Shown here: positions 47,983 to 60,300 of the stretch, one piece after another
How the letters are laid out: the number at the start of each line of letters is the position of its first letter
How positions within the stretch are numbered: the stretch's first letter is position 1
Origin: Cyanophora paradoxa CCMP329
Lineage: Eukaryota; Plantae; Glaucophyta
Length of the DNA stretch: 64,000 nucleotides
Direction: 5' to 3'
Assembly: GCA_004431415.1 (NCBI GenBank)
Contig: QPMI01000482.1
Coordinates: forward strand, 372,001 to 436,000
Made by a program: the position numbers and the translations under genes
The notes under the pieces: model-generated
What the model was told of the DNA's origin: nothing
Databases searched by the model: none
What the model saw: the letters and a program-made list of their open reading frames with translations, nothing else

Positions 47983-48073
47983 GGGCAGTGGGCACTGGGC
48001 AGTGGGCACTGGGCACTGGGCAGTGGCCCATGGGCACTGGGCCGTGGGCCCGTGGCCCGTGGCCGGGTGGCCC
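47983..48073. repeat. 7-bp minisatellite (GGGCAGT/GGGCACT, decaying to GGCCCGT)
   Basis: gggcagtgggcactgggcagtgggcactgggcactgggcagtggcccatgggcactgggccgtgggcccgtggcccgtgg. Confidence 0.85.
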
Positions 48074-48231
48074 TCCGATTCCCTGTTCGACCGAGGGCTC
48101 CTCGCACCTTTGGTCACGGTCTCCTCCTCGCACCCGCCTTCTCGAACTCTCCGTGGTACGTAGCGTAGCACTGCGTACCCGGCATTCGCAGCACGTAAAG
48201 CGGCGGGCCTTTAAAGCGGCTAGCGTCACAG

Positions 48232-48239
48232 TATATATA
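48232..48239 (+). promoter_or_regulatory. Putative TATA box of the gene starting at 48344
   Basis: TATATATA in GC-rich context about 110 bp upstream of the ATG in gccaccaagATG. Confidence 0.45.
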
Positions 48240-48343
48240 GCGTGTCTTCCTTCAGTACCGTCGCTCGAAGCTCGTTAACGCGTTGACCCTCGGCCTCACC
48301 GCGCGCCTTCAAAGCTTACCGTAGTACGAAGTTAGCCACCAAG

Positions 48344-49612
48344 ATGCCCGGCAACAACAACAACGGCAACAGCGCGTCCGGCCTCGCCCAGGGCAACGGC
48401 AACGGTAACGCCGGCAACCAGAACCAGCAGCAGCAGACGCAGGTCGTCGCGACGTGCTCGGCGAAGACGGATGCTACGGCACTGCTGACTGCATTTCAGA
48501 CACGACCAATTGCAACGACATCTGGACTAGCCCTAGTAGCTGTTTGGCTAGCAGTGGGCCGCCGGTCGAATCCATGGGCTCAGACAGATAGGCAAGCGAC
48601 GTCGAAAATCGAAATCGAATACCGAAGCTCGAGATCGAAACCCTAGGTCTACTTACCCTACGGGCTTAAGATCGAAAGATCAGAGGTGCGGGCCGTGCCC
48701 GGAGGCTCGCCCGTTGACCACGGATGCGCTGCTAGCTGGCCGCCACGAGACGAGCGCGAGCACGCCGGGGCAGGCGCCGGCGTACCTCTCGCAGGTGGCC
48801 CTCATCAACGCGCTGACGGCCAACGGGACGCGCTCGCACATCGCCTCCCCGCCTGTTCGTGGAAACTGCTGACTGCACGGGCCCCGCTGTGTGCGTTGCG
48901 ATCTTCCTTCGCTTAGGTTGAACGCGGACGGTCTTCTCGCGTGCCGTACGGGCGTCCGAAATATTTTGATCGCGAAGGCCTGTAGGCCTAGGCCTAGGCC
49001 TAGGCCTCCGAAATATTTCAATCGCGAAGGCGCAGCTGACAGTCGCCGCCGCGCCGCAGCGATTCGGCGGTGGCGCTCACGCACCAGAAAGTGACGACCA
49101 AGACCAACACTGACTGCTCGACCACGACCGAGATCGGCGGCTGCAAGGTCCGCGCCCATCGACGGCGCCGCGACCGCGATCGACGGCGCCGCGGCCGCGG
49201 TCGTCGCCCCAAACGTTAACTCGACGTTGAGCCACACGCGTGCACATACACATACGCGATACATATATGCGTACATACATGCGATTATATACGTATTTAT
49301 TAGAACGTCTCTACACTCGAGCTCCGCGGCCGGAATTCCGCGCGCGCTGATTGCGAGGCCTAGGCGGCGCAGGCGGTGGGCAGCGACGAGGGCAGCACGG
49401 TGGACGTGGCGACGACGACGACCGACGCCGTGGAGGCCGAGGCGGCCGCCTTCGACGAGGCCGACGCGCTCGAGCTCGAGCTCGCCAGCGACGCCGCCCT
49501 CGCTGTCCGTACCCCCCCCCCACCCCCCTTCGTTTCTTCGATTCGAACTTGACCGCCGGCGCCGTGCGCGCGCGTGTGTGCGCAGGGCCTGGACTTCGCC
49601 GACTGCGAGTAG
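48344..49612 (+). CDS. Small multi-exon hypothetical protein with N/G/Q-rich N-terminus and acidic C-terminus
   Basis: MPGNNNNGNSASGLAQGNGNGNAGNQNQQQQTQ...KVTTKTNTDCSTTTEIGGCK|AVGSDEGSTVDVATTTTDAVEAEAAAFDEADALELELASDAALA|GLDFADCE*. Middle exons are ambiguous. Confidence 0.5.
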
Positions 49613-50343
49613 CTATAGGGCGGGCGCCGTGGGCCCTGCGCAGTTTTGGACGTATGAAGCCGTAGGGTGTTTCGTTCGTCAGACTCGCGAGCAGCGAGCT
49701 TTTTTATTAATTAGTAATGTGATGATTGCTGATCATGAATCAGAGATAACACGAAAATTTAACATCGAAACTTGATCATGAATTCCCAGCGGCCGAGCTA
49801 TAGATCTAGACGGGACCGTCGGACGAGAATATAAATATCATGATCATGATAAATATAAAGAATCAGTTGAATTTGTTTTCAGAGACTACGTACACGGTGG
49901 GGCACTAGAAAAATCAATGCATATGCCGGAATGGCCATGGAGGGGCCGCTTAAATCCGGATGCGGGCGGGCCTTGAGAGGGAGGCGCCCGAGGAGGCCCG
50001 CTGAGGCAGTCAACGCTGGCGATGGCGTTCGGGTACCCCGGCGCGCGGCGTGGCCCTGCAGCTGCGGGAGGGCATGCCCTAGTGGGCAGGCACGTGCATG
50101 GGCCGATCGCGAGGGGCCGGGGGGGAGCCGGAGCGCGCGGCGGTTTGCACATGCGTAGATTCAAGTTCATGGTCGCGGTTTGCGATCATTCAGCCACACG
50201 CACGTGCACTCGCAACCGTTCTATATCTGCTTCGAATTCCAATTTCCCGGCCCCCCTGCCCCGCCTCGATACTGCTCGGTGCGCGCGGTGTGCATGTGCA
50301 TGTATATTTACTGCGGTCACTGAGTGCTCGCCTGGCCTCGCGC

Positions 50344-53300
50344 CTACCACTCGGTGGGGAAGTAGTCCTTGAGGAACTGCCCGAAGAGCGGCTGCGCCCC
50401 CTCCCGCACCCCCGAGAAGACCTGCGCCGCCCGCCGCCTCGAACCGCCGGCGGGCGGCCAAGGGAGCGGGCGGGGAAAGCAAGGAGACGGGCGCACGGGG
50501 TCCAGGATGCGCGCCGCAGCGTCCACCTCGTCGATCGGCGTCTGCCGGGGCGAACCAGAAACGCTTAGAGCGCGAAGCAGTGCGGGCCGAGGGGCGGCCG
50601 GACCTGGAAGTCGTGCCGCGCCGCCGTCCGTGCCGCCACCTCCGCCGCTGCGAGCGCGAGCGTGAGAGATGGCCCACTTGCTCAGCAAGAAAGGGGGCGC
50701 GGCGCACGGTTCTCGTCGTTGATCCAGCCGGTGTCGACGGCGTTCATCCAGATCCCGTCCCGCGCCCAGTCCTCCGCGGACGTCCCTGCGCCGGGGCGAG
50801 GTCACGCGGGGCGGGGCGGGGCGGGCGGGGCGGGGCGAGTGGCGGGGCGGACGGGTCATCATGTTGAGGGCGGCCTTGGCCATGTTCGTGTGCGGGTGGT
50901 TCGGGGTCTTGTAGCGGTAGAACTTGCCCTGCGCCCCCGCCCCCCCGCCGGCCCTCAGCCGCCGTCCCTCGGGGCGGGGCGCGGCGGGGCGGGGGGGGAC
51001 CTCCATGGCGCTGACGTTGACGACGAAGCGGGGCCGGTGGGGCGAGCGCAGCAGCGCCCCCTGCGCACGCCCCCGGGTCAGCTCGCCGATGCCGCAGCGG
51101 GGCTCGCCGTCGGGGGCACCTTGAGGCGGGAGTTGAGGAGGAAGGGGGCGAGGGCGTTCACCACGTGCGTCTCCACCGCCTCCACCGCCGGCACCTGCCG
51201 CCCCCGCCCCGAGCCTCACGAGAAGCGCCCGGCGGGGCCCCGGCTGCGGCCTGCGCGCTGGGGCGGGGGCGCGCCTTCTCGAGGGGGAGGACCCAGGAGT
51301 TGACGCGGCGCAGGTCCACCTGCTGCCCGTCCGCGTCGTACTGCGCCCCCCGCCCCCGCCCCTCAGCCCCGCGCCCCGCCGGGCCCCGCCCCGCCCGGCG
51401 CGGGGCGGCGGGGCGGGCCTTGTCCTGGGGGAAGAGGGCGGCGGCGTCGAGGCTCGCCGCCCGGTCCTCCTCCGTCAGCTCCAGCTGCGTCATCGCTGCC
51501 CCGGGTCGGCCCCGCCCCCGCGAGCGGCGAGGGGGGGAGGCCGGCACCGGCCGAGGGGCTCATGCGGGGCCCCGCCGTGCGCGCCCCGCCCCGACGGAGG
51601 CGACGGGGCCCGAGGCCGCCTCGCCGGGCGACGCCTGGGGGCCGCCGCCGGGCTCGTCGGGGCGGGGCAGGGGCCCCTCGGTGACGCGCAGCAGGTGCGT
51701 GGCGCTGGGGACAGCGCCGGGCGCGTCGGAAGGGGGAGGAAGGGGAGGAGGGGGCGGGGGCGGACCCGTGGGAGAGGGCGACGAACTCGTGCTGGCCGGC
51801 GAGGGTGCCCCGGAGGCCCTCGGGGAGGCTCGAGGCCGGCACCGCCTCCGCGGGGATGAGGTGCCGGTAGAACGACGGCGGCCGCCGCACCGTCTGCGCC
51901 GCGTTGTTCACCAGCGCGTCCAAGTGCGTGTAACGCCCGGCCACGAAGTCCGCGAAGCTGCCGCACGAGTTCGAGGGGGGAGGGGGGAGGGGGGAAGGGG
52001 GGGGTACAGCGGGGCGCGCACCGGCAGACGCTCTGGAGGTCCCTAAAGTCGATGCCGTAGACGTCGAGGCGGCCGCGGAACTCGTCAAAGTCCGGCTCCT
52101 GCGGGGGGCGCGCCGTCGGCCGGGGGGTACGCGCGCGCGAGCCCCGGGGGGTACGGCACCCTGGCGAAGCGGAGGGCGGCGTCGTGGGGGAAGCGGGTCG
52201 TCGCGATGACGTGCGCCCCCGCCCGCAGCAGCTTCAGCGTCACGTGGAACCTGGCGAGGCGGTCACGACGCGGGGCGCGGCGGGGCGCGGCGGGGGGGGC
52301 CGCCGCACCCGATCTTGACGCGGGCACCCGTGACGAGGGCAATGCGGCCGCGCAGGTCCGCCGACTGCATCCGCTTCTCGTAGTTCAGCGCCGCGCACCC
52401 CGGGCACAGCTGCGCCCGCCCCGGCCCAGCCCCCGCTGAGCGAGGGCGCCGGTGCCCCGGGCGGGGTCGGGCGGGACGGGGCGGGGCTCGCACGCGGTCG
52501 TAGAAGTGGTGGAGCCGCGTGAAGCGGACCTTGCAGATGTAGCAGGAGCGCAGCTCGTACTGGAGCTCTGCCCCCGCCCCCAGGCTCGCCCCGGCGCCCC
52601 GCGAGGGCACGGCAGCGGGGGCGGGGAAGGCGACTGGGCCGCACCGCGCTCGCCCTGCGCGTTCACGGATACGACGCCGCCCCCGTCGCCGCCCCCGCCA
52701 CCACCGTCCCTGTCCCCGTCCACCGGCGCCCCGCCGGCAGAGGGCTCCGCGGGCGCCGCCGCGATCGCCGGGACCACCGGGCTGCCCTCGAGCAGCGGCG
52801 TAGCCTGCGAGCGACGGCGGGTGAGGGGCGCGGGGCCGGGGGCGGGCGGGGCGGACCGGGGCGTCGGCGAGGGCGAGGCGGGAGAGGGCTTCGATGCGGT
52901 TGGCGCGCAGCTGCGTGTTGTTCACGAACGCCGCGTCCAGCTGCTTCGCCCGCTGCCGCCGCGTCGCCGCCGCCTTCCTGCCCCCCCGCCCCGCGTGCTC
53001 AGACTGGGCCGCGCCCCGCGCGCCGCGCCGCTCGGGCCTCGCGCGCGCTCGCCTCCTGAAGCGGTCCTGTGCGTACTCGGCGATGCCCTTGCCCTTGAAG
53101 TACGTCTTCCCCGCCCGCAGCACGAACAGCCTGCGCGCGCCGGCGCCGGGACTCAGCCAACGGCGATCCGCGGGGAGGCCGCGGGGCGCACTGCCCAGCT
53201 CGACGGAGCTCCTTGAGCGCGTCATCTTCCAGCAGCTCGGGCTTATCGTTGAGCGCTTGCAGCACCTGCGCGCCCCGGAGCAATCGGCGCTCGCCACGGA

Positions 53301-53461
53301 AGTGGGCGGGGGCCCGATCGATCGGCTCGAAGGCCCGAGGTGGTGCCGCTCAGCTAGCTAACCTTCACCGCAGTCGCTAGCTCGCCTGCGGAGAAGCCGC
53401 AGCCGTCCGGCAGAAGCAGGTCCTCCTCGTCCGCGCCCAGCGAGCCGAGAAGGTCGTCCAT
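50344..53461 (-). CDS. SDR-family NAD(P)-dependent oxidoreductase with N-terminal Cys/His motif
   Basis: [78 protein letters not shown]...[12 protein letters not shown]...[35 protein letters not shown]...[12 protein letters not shown]...[12 protein letters not shown]. Confidence 0.9.
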
Positions 53462-54386
53462 GCCCGCCGCCGCACAACGTTAACGGCCAGTCTGCGGCTA
53501 ACTGGGTGCTGGAGCCGCTGTCGACACGTACCCCGACAACCTTCTCACACGTACCCCTGCTGGAAAAGTTTCGACAGCACCAGCGCGTTTTCAGCACAGG
53601 AGCCGCTCCGGCGGCCAGCGCCTCGCAGAACGGTTTAGCAGCGCTCGAGGTGCGTTTTGGCCGCAACTCCTCGCCAGGCGACCGTGGTGCTCACTGCGTC
53701 ATGCGCGTGCTCACTTGGCCCAAACCTTGGCGCAGAAGCCGCCCTGGCGGCCAGCGTTTGCTTCTGAAGCACTCTACAAGAACTTCGAGAGCGTTGGAGG
53801 TGGGCTGCAGCCTTCTTTACCGGCAGGCGAATGCCCTGACTCGCGAGCCTTAGCTTGCTCGGAGGCTCCAGATCTAGACGTCGACCGCGACTCCGCTGTA
53901 CAGGAGCCGCTCCGGATCCGGCATCAAGCGCTAGCGGGCGAGCAGTATCAAATTAAAGGCGTCCGATCCAAGGTGATTTCATTGTCTTTTCTCGCCAGGC
54001 GAATGCATGCTTACAACTTAATTGATTATAAAGTTTAAGTTGAGCTGCGATCGCAAATGCTTCCGGATCCGTCATGTCTTCTTAATATGCTTGATTCGAT
54101 CTATATCGCTATATCGATCAACAACTTTCATAGACTAGTTCCAGGTCTTTCATACTACTAAGTTGGCGAGAAGAACGAATCAAGCTTATAATTATGCTTG
54201 ACGTGGGCCAAGTGTACATGTGGGTACATCTGGCCGGAGACTTATGTATAATTAAAAGCTAGCTGCCTAGCTTTGCAATTATTATTCGCACGACCAGAGC
54301 GTCGAAATATTAATAGGGTCTGCGCGCGCAAATAAGCTCAAGCTTCGTGCAATTCAAAATCGATATCTGATCGAAAAGAAAGCAGA

Positions 54387-57300
54387 ATGGCTGCCCATGC
54401 TGCAGCTGGATCTAGCTTCGCGTTGCAACTCGTGGAGCGCGTCGTGAACAATTCCAATGGACAGCCGCTTGTCAAGTTTGCCAAGCACTACGCGGTGCGC
54501 TCCAGCTTGAAATTTTATATATTGTTTTGTTTTTAGAACGCTCGCACTCTATGTATATAGGGATCGTGATCTGACACTCCCTCCTCGATGTATTCAATGC
54601 AATGTGCAGTTTGCTCAAATGAACGGAGACACAACACTGGCGAACTTGCGCAGTCGCATCAGCGATTTAGAGTCAAACCTGAACTTGGTCAACCCTGATT
54701 TGGTGACGCTGAAACGGTTCTGGTTTTGCAACCGCGCTCTGGAAGTTACCACGGAGGAGGAAGAGGAGCGAAGTTATTTGCGCGAGATGCTTCAACAAGT
54801 CCCGGGCATCAATGCTCAGTGCATTGTCGTCTCGCGATCGTCCGTCTCTAATCCGAACGTTGACCCCGGACCGGGAGCTGGGATCCGGAACCGTGCGGCC
54901 CATTTCGAATCGCCCTTCCCAGAATAAAGCCTGATTCGTAGTTACTATCTACATCAGAATCCACATCCAGCAACGTACCTACCGGAGAGCATCATCATCA
55001 TCATCATCATGACATTGAAATGGATGGCGAAAATGATCGCGAACTTGAACTGGTTCAAGTCAGTGCGTGATTCTATTTTTCAATTATCTGATTTCATTCG
55101 CTGTGTTTAATTGCGATTTCATTCACTTAATGTTAGTTCCGTCCGATGACGAATCTACCGGCGAGGGTGGCAACGAATTCGAAGACAGCGATCAGGAACG
55201 CGCGGGAGGAGGACAGCCTGTCTTCAATCATGTCGTCGACGGTGAATTCGAATCGCGCACATTTCATTTCGATTGTATTTACATTCCATATATTACGTTC
55301 AATATATACGCGAATTACATATTTCTAAGAGAGCGTAATTCGCGATTCCGACAGGACCGCTTCCGGATGATTTCAAATGGAAGGGCGTCTTCCCCTCTTT
55401 CTACCTCACCCTCGATGACGGCGTCCAGTTCCGCTTTGCGGGCCACTTGCTGCCGCAGCAGCTGAAGGTCAAGTGCGAGAAGCGGGCTCGCAAGGCCCGC
55501 TACGGTCGCTCGAGCTCACTGCCTGACAAGCAAGACCTCGTCCTGGTCGATGGTAACAGCAATGTCGTCGCTTCGATTGAGCGCAAGTCCCGCGCCTGGC
55601 GCATCCTCCTCGACGCAGATATCCTTCAGAAGAACAAAATGGTGCGCATGTGAAATAAATGTAAACTGTTATTATTTACTCCATGGCCGGGCCATCTTTA
55701 TATAGCGTCGGAAGCTTATGTAACTAAGCACTAGCCATATATTGATTCAGCACGTCGATGTCCGCGCAGGCTATGCTGGAGCTTCATGTGGACTCGATGA
55801 ACCTGCCTGCAGCTGTGGGCCGCGTCAAGGTGACCGTCGCGGTGGGCGAGGCGATGTACAGCGACATCAAGCTCGACGACGAGGATGACGCCTGGTCTCT
55901 CGACTGCTCCAAGCAGCCCGAGCGCGCGCGCCACCGCATCGCAATCGCCGCCAAGATCATCCCGAGCCCCCGGCAGCGGATTTCCGGCAGCAAGAGCCGG
56001 TCACCTGCAATTGCAGCCATCGCAGACGCCAGCATTGGCGACGACCGGGACTTCGACGCGCTCTCTTCGGTCGTGGACAGCGAGCTCAACCAGCAGGCCG
56101 AGACGGAGGAGCTCCTCATCATGACGCGGCGCGAGCTCAAGACATTCCTGCGCGCCCTCGAGTACAAGCCGGACCTCAACAAGTCGCCCGAGCCGGCTCC
56201 GATGCCTGCAGGATTTTGCAAGGGCTTCAAGCTCCACACCTTCCAGCTCCGCTGCATCGACTGGATGGTGGACCGCGAGGAGGGCCTCGGGGAGCCCATC
56301 CCCAACGTGCTCTGGACGTACAAGCCATTTGGATTCGGCGGCGCCTGGGTCAACGTCGTCACTGGCCGCTTTTCAAGCGTTCAGCCGCCCCCGGTGCCTG
56401 CCGACGCAGTCCTGGGTGGTGGCAATGTCTCGGAGATGGTGCGTGCGCGTCTTCCTCAAAGGTGACGTCGACCATGAGTCGATTATCAATATTGACTTCC
56501 CTCCGTTGTGCGCATGCATATGTAGGGCCTTGGGAAAACGGTACGCATGTGCTAGAAATCGCTCGCTCGTACCAGAGTTGAACTAGAAATCCCTCGCTCA
56601 AATAATGAAATTCAGCTGCAGAAATAATTTTTGCATTTGTTTTTTCACGCAGATTGAGATGTTCGGTCTAATGCTTCGTCGTCCTCGACCCCCCAACTGC
56701 GCCTACTCGGACGCTGACACCTTGGTCAGTCTCGATCCTCATCATTCAACACGCGCACTCACTTTTTCTGATTCTTGGCTAAATCAGGTTATCGTTCCAA
56801 CGACGCTGATTAAGCAGTGGACGCTCGAGACGACGAAGAACGCCCCGGGGCTTGAGGAGCCCCTCGTCATCGCGCTTGGAGTCGACGGCCAGAAGCTCGA
56901 AGACGCCCTCGCGCTGCTGGAACCCGCTTCAGTCAGCTCCCGGCGCATCGTCATCGTATCGGATGCCACCTTCTGCAGAGAAGATGTCTTCTCCCGGATT
57001 CAAAAGTTGCGGTGCGTGTGCACGTGCTCGCATATACGTATGCATAATTATGAGCGCATGAAAAGCTGGCTATAGCTATAATTATAACAAAAGAAAAAAA
57101 GTATGCGTACTTCGCTCACGATCATGATCACGTGCACACAGGTGGTTCCGAGTTATCATCGATGAGGCGCAGATGAAGCTTTCCTCTTCGGGCGCGACCA
57201 ATCTTGCCAAGCTCGTTTCGGGGCCTGTCGAGCGCACAGTGACAACCCCCTGCAAGCGGCGCGCCTGCAAGGCCGAGGATGGCGCGGTCTCACCTCCTCC

Positions 57301-60300
57301 CGAGGACGTCAAGGTGTGCATGGAGCTCGTCGCGCGCCACCGGTGAGAACATTCCCACGGATGCCTGTTTGCGATATCGACATGTTCGCGAGCTCAAGCT
57401 TGCGATTTCGACATCGCTTGCGACCGCCTGTCCGTAAACGTGTTGACGCTGTGCTGTCCTGTGTGCGCATGCGCAGATGGTTCCTGACGGGGACGCCGAT
57501 CTCCCAGGGCATGGGCGACCTCGCGTCCATGGCCACCTTCCTCCGCGGCGGCCCCCTCAAGCACCCCAAGATATTCGTCGCCGCCCTCGTCAGTCCCGTC
57601 TCAGAGGGCCGCCCCGGCGCTTCTGAGATCGCGAAAAGGTGCCGCTGACTCTCATGCATATGCATGCATATGATGAATTCATATTGCAAGCATGATAAAG
57701 TTTCAACTTCCGTATATTTGTTACATATAAATTATAACTTCGGTGATTATATCGGCGAGGTCTTGGAGAACCGTACCCCTGCGCGCGCAGGTTCGAATTA
57801 TAACCCTGCGCGCGCGCAGGTTCGAGTTTCTGGGGAAATTCATGATCCGCCACTCGAAGGCGGGTGTGCGCGACGAGTTGCGGGACGTGCTCCAGCCGGC
57901 ATCGGACCGGCGCGTGCGTGTGGACCTGTGCGACGCGGAGCGCGCCATCTACAGCCACAAGGAGCGCTCCCTGCTCAGCAACTTCAACGAGGCGCTGGCC
58001 GTCCGCACCCGCCTCTCCCTCTCCGACCCCGACGCCGTCGACGTCAACCCGCCGCGCTCCAAGGGCCGCCCCCTCGACATTGAGCAGACGCGGGCCAAGA
58101 TTGAGGCTGCCAAGAAGGCCGCTGTGGAGGCGGCTGAGATCGACTACTACCGCGCGGTCGCCCGCGACGCTCAGGAGTGCAGCGTACGAGATTCGGGTTT
58201 GGGACTCGCGCACCTGCAGTACGCCACATCTGGCGAGAACCAGACGCCCGAGGACGTCTTGAGGGAGGTGCGCGAGATCTCTAAGGAGCGGCTTGCGGAG
58301 CGCAAGCTCCTTCTCGAGCAGGAAGCGAGCAACAACGCCGGTGAGCACATCTGACCTCTGATGGGCATCTTTAGACCTGATGCATCATGCAAATGCATAC
58401 ATTAAAGATTACACAAACTTGCTCGCGATCGAGGTCTTAATTTCCACCGTAGTATCTCAAAAACAATAATTTCACAACTAAACATGCACAGAATTCAATT
58501 CGGGCATTCATACATCTGTCTAACTTTTGTTGATCGACTCAAATTCTCTTCTGCAGATCGCGAGACGATACTCGAAAGGGCGGAGCGGCTTGTCCAGCAG
58601 GCGGCAATCGAGGCCTTCGACAACACTCCTGGGGCGGCAGGCAAAGCAGCGCAAAAACTGACGCAGGCGACCGATCTCCTCCAAGAGCACCTTCGAGCGG
58701 GCTTTGAGGCCTTGATCACGCACTCCGAAGCGCAAAACGAGTCGACGGGCACCATGCAGGCCAGCTGGATGCCGGCTGGAGAGCTCAAGACTGCTCTCAA
58801 CGGGGCCCGGGAACTCTTCCAGCAGGCGATGAAGGACCACGACAACGCTGCAGCCGGCGGCGCGGCACGTGCTGTCAGCGCTGTCGAGGCCCGCGCGCCC
58901 CTCGAGACGTGCAACGCCCTCGTTCCCGTCCTCTGCAAGGCTGCAGCCATCGCGCTCCTCACATCGCAAGCGAGCTCGGGGCCGAAAAAGGAGGAGGCAA
59001 GGAAGATCTCCGTCTACTGCGCGAAGTGGGCCCTGCAGCTGCAGCTGTCCGTCTTCCACCTCGAGGTCGTCAAGCCCTTCGTGAACACCATCATCGCGAA
59101 CATGGCTGCAGGCGTGGAGGCAGCGCAGCGCGGGAAGCGCCTCCGCTCGAACCGGCCCATCCCAGACGAGAAGCTCTCTGCCGTGCGTTCGATTTCAAAT
59201 TCGGCGATTTTTTCGATTCAACTCTAAGAATGGAGCTCTTTCACAGAATTTGCGCTCCTTCCTCCGCAACCTGCACGAGACTCTCCGATTTGTCGAAAGC
59301 TGGGACACAGCGGGGAAAGTGCTGCAAAAGGCCTTCACGAAGACTAAATTCCCCCACGGGGATGGCCCGGTGCGCCCTTTAATTTATATCACGCGGATCT
59401 TCGAATAAACGGTTTAATCACGTTTGCGTTCATAAAATGAAATTCGTGTCTGCGGCTCAGGGGAATGCTCGCACGACCATCCGCGAGATGATCAAGACGC
59501 TGATGACCATGCGCCGGATGGTGGTTCGCCTTTTTCATATATGCATCGATATCGAATGGGTCTTATTTTTGCGCGCGCTGATTTGCCCTAATCGTTTGCG
59601 CCAGGCCTGGACAAACGAGAGCGACTTCGGCGCTGACGATTACCACATTTTGCGGCGCGGAACGGAGTCGGTCGGCGAATGCGTGGTGCTCCTCTGCCTG
59701 CTCGACAAGCTCTGGATGGCGAGCGCAGCAAAGGCGGCGATCTCCAAGCAGCTTCGCGGCTTCCTGACCGAGTGAGCGGAATATGTTTTAATAATCACGT
59801 GCATTCATTGTTGATTATGCAGCTGCTGACTCGTGATCTTACCTTCATGTGAATGCATATGTCCAGCTATGTGGCCTGCGTGTATGAGAACAGCCTCCTG
59901 GTCTTCGTCGACGACAAGAAGCCCCGCACGCTGGACTGGCTTGCGATTCACGCTTTCGCCACCGAGCACCGGCCGCGCGGCACCGCCTTCAACCCCAATC
60001 CGCACGGGGCGGCGAGATATCACGCGCGGTGCGGCCGGGCCTGCGATATTAACCGCAACTGCATTAATATCCGATCACACTTAATTTGCGTGCGGACGCG
60101 TGACATGTACATTTAATTTCGATCTCGGGTGCTCGCAGCACGATTCTGGAGCTCGCGAACACGTCGAAAAAGGAGGAGACGCACATGAAGGCGGTGCACG
60201 AGCTCGGGGAGGAGGAGCGGCGGCGGCGCATGGAGGGCCGGGGGACGGCGCAGCGGCGGCAGGAGCTGGAGGAGTTGAAGGCGGCCCTCGAGCAGCGCAA

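Noticed and set aside
48984-49007. (TAGGCC)n as an interstitial telomere
   Set aside because: Only four units and better explained as one of many palindromic hexamer repeats.
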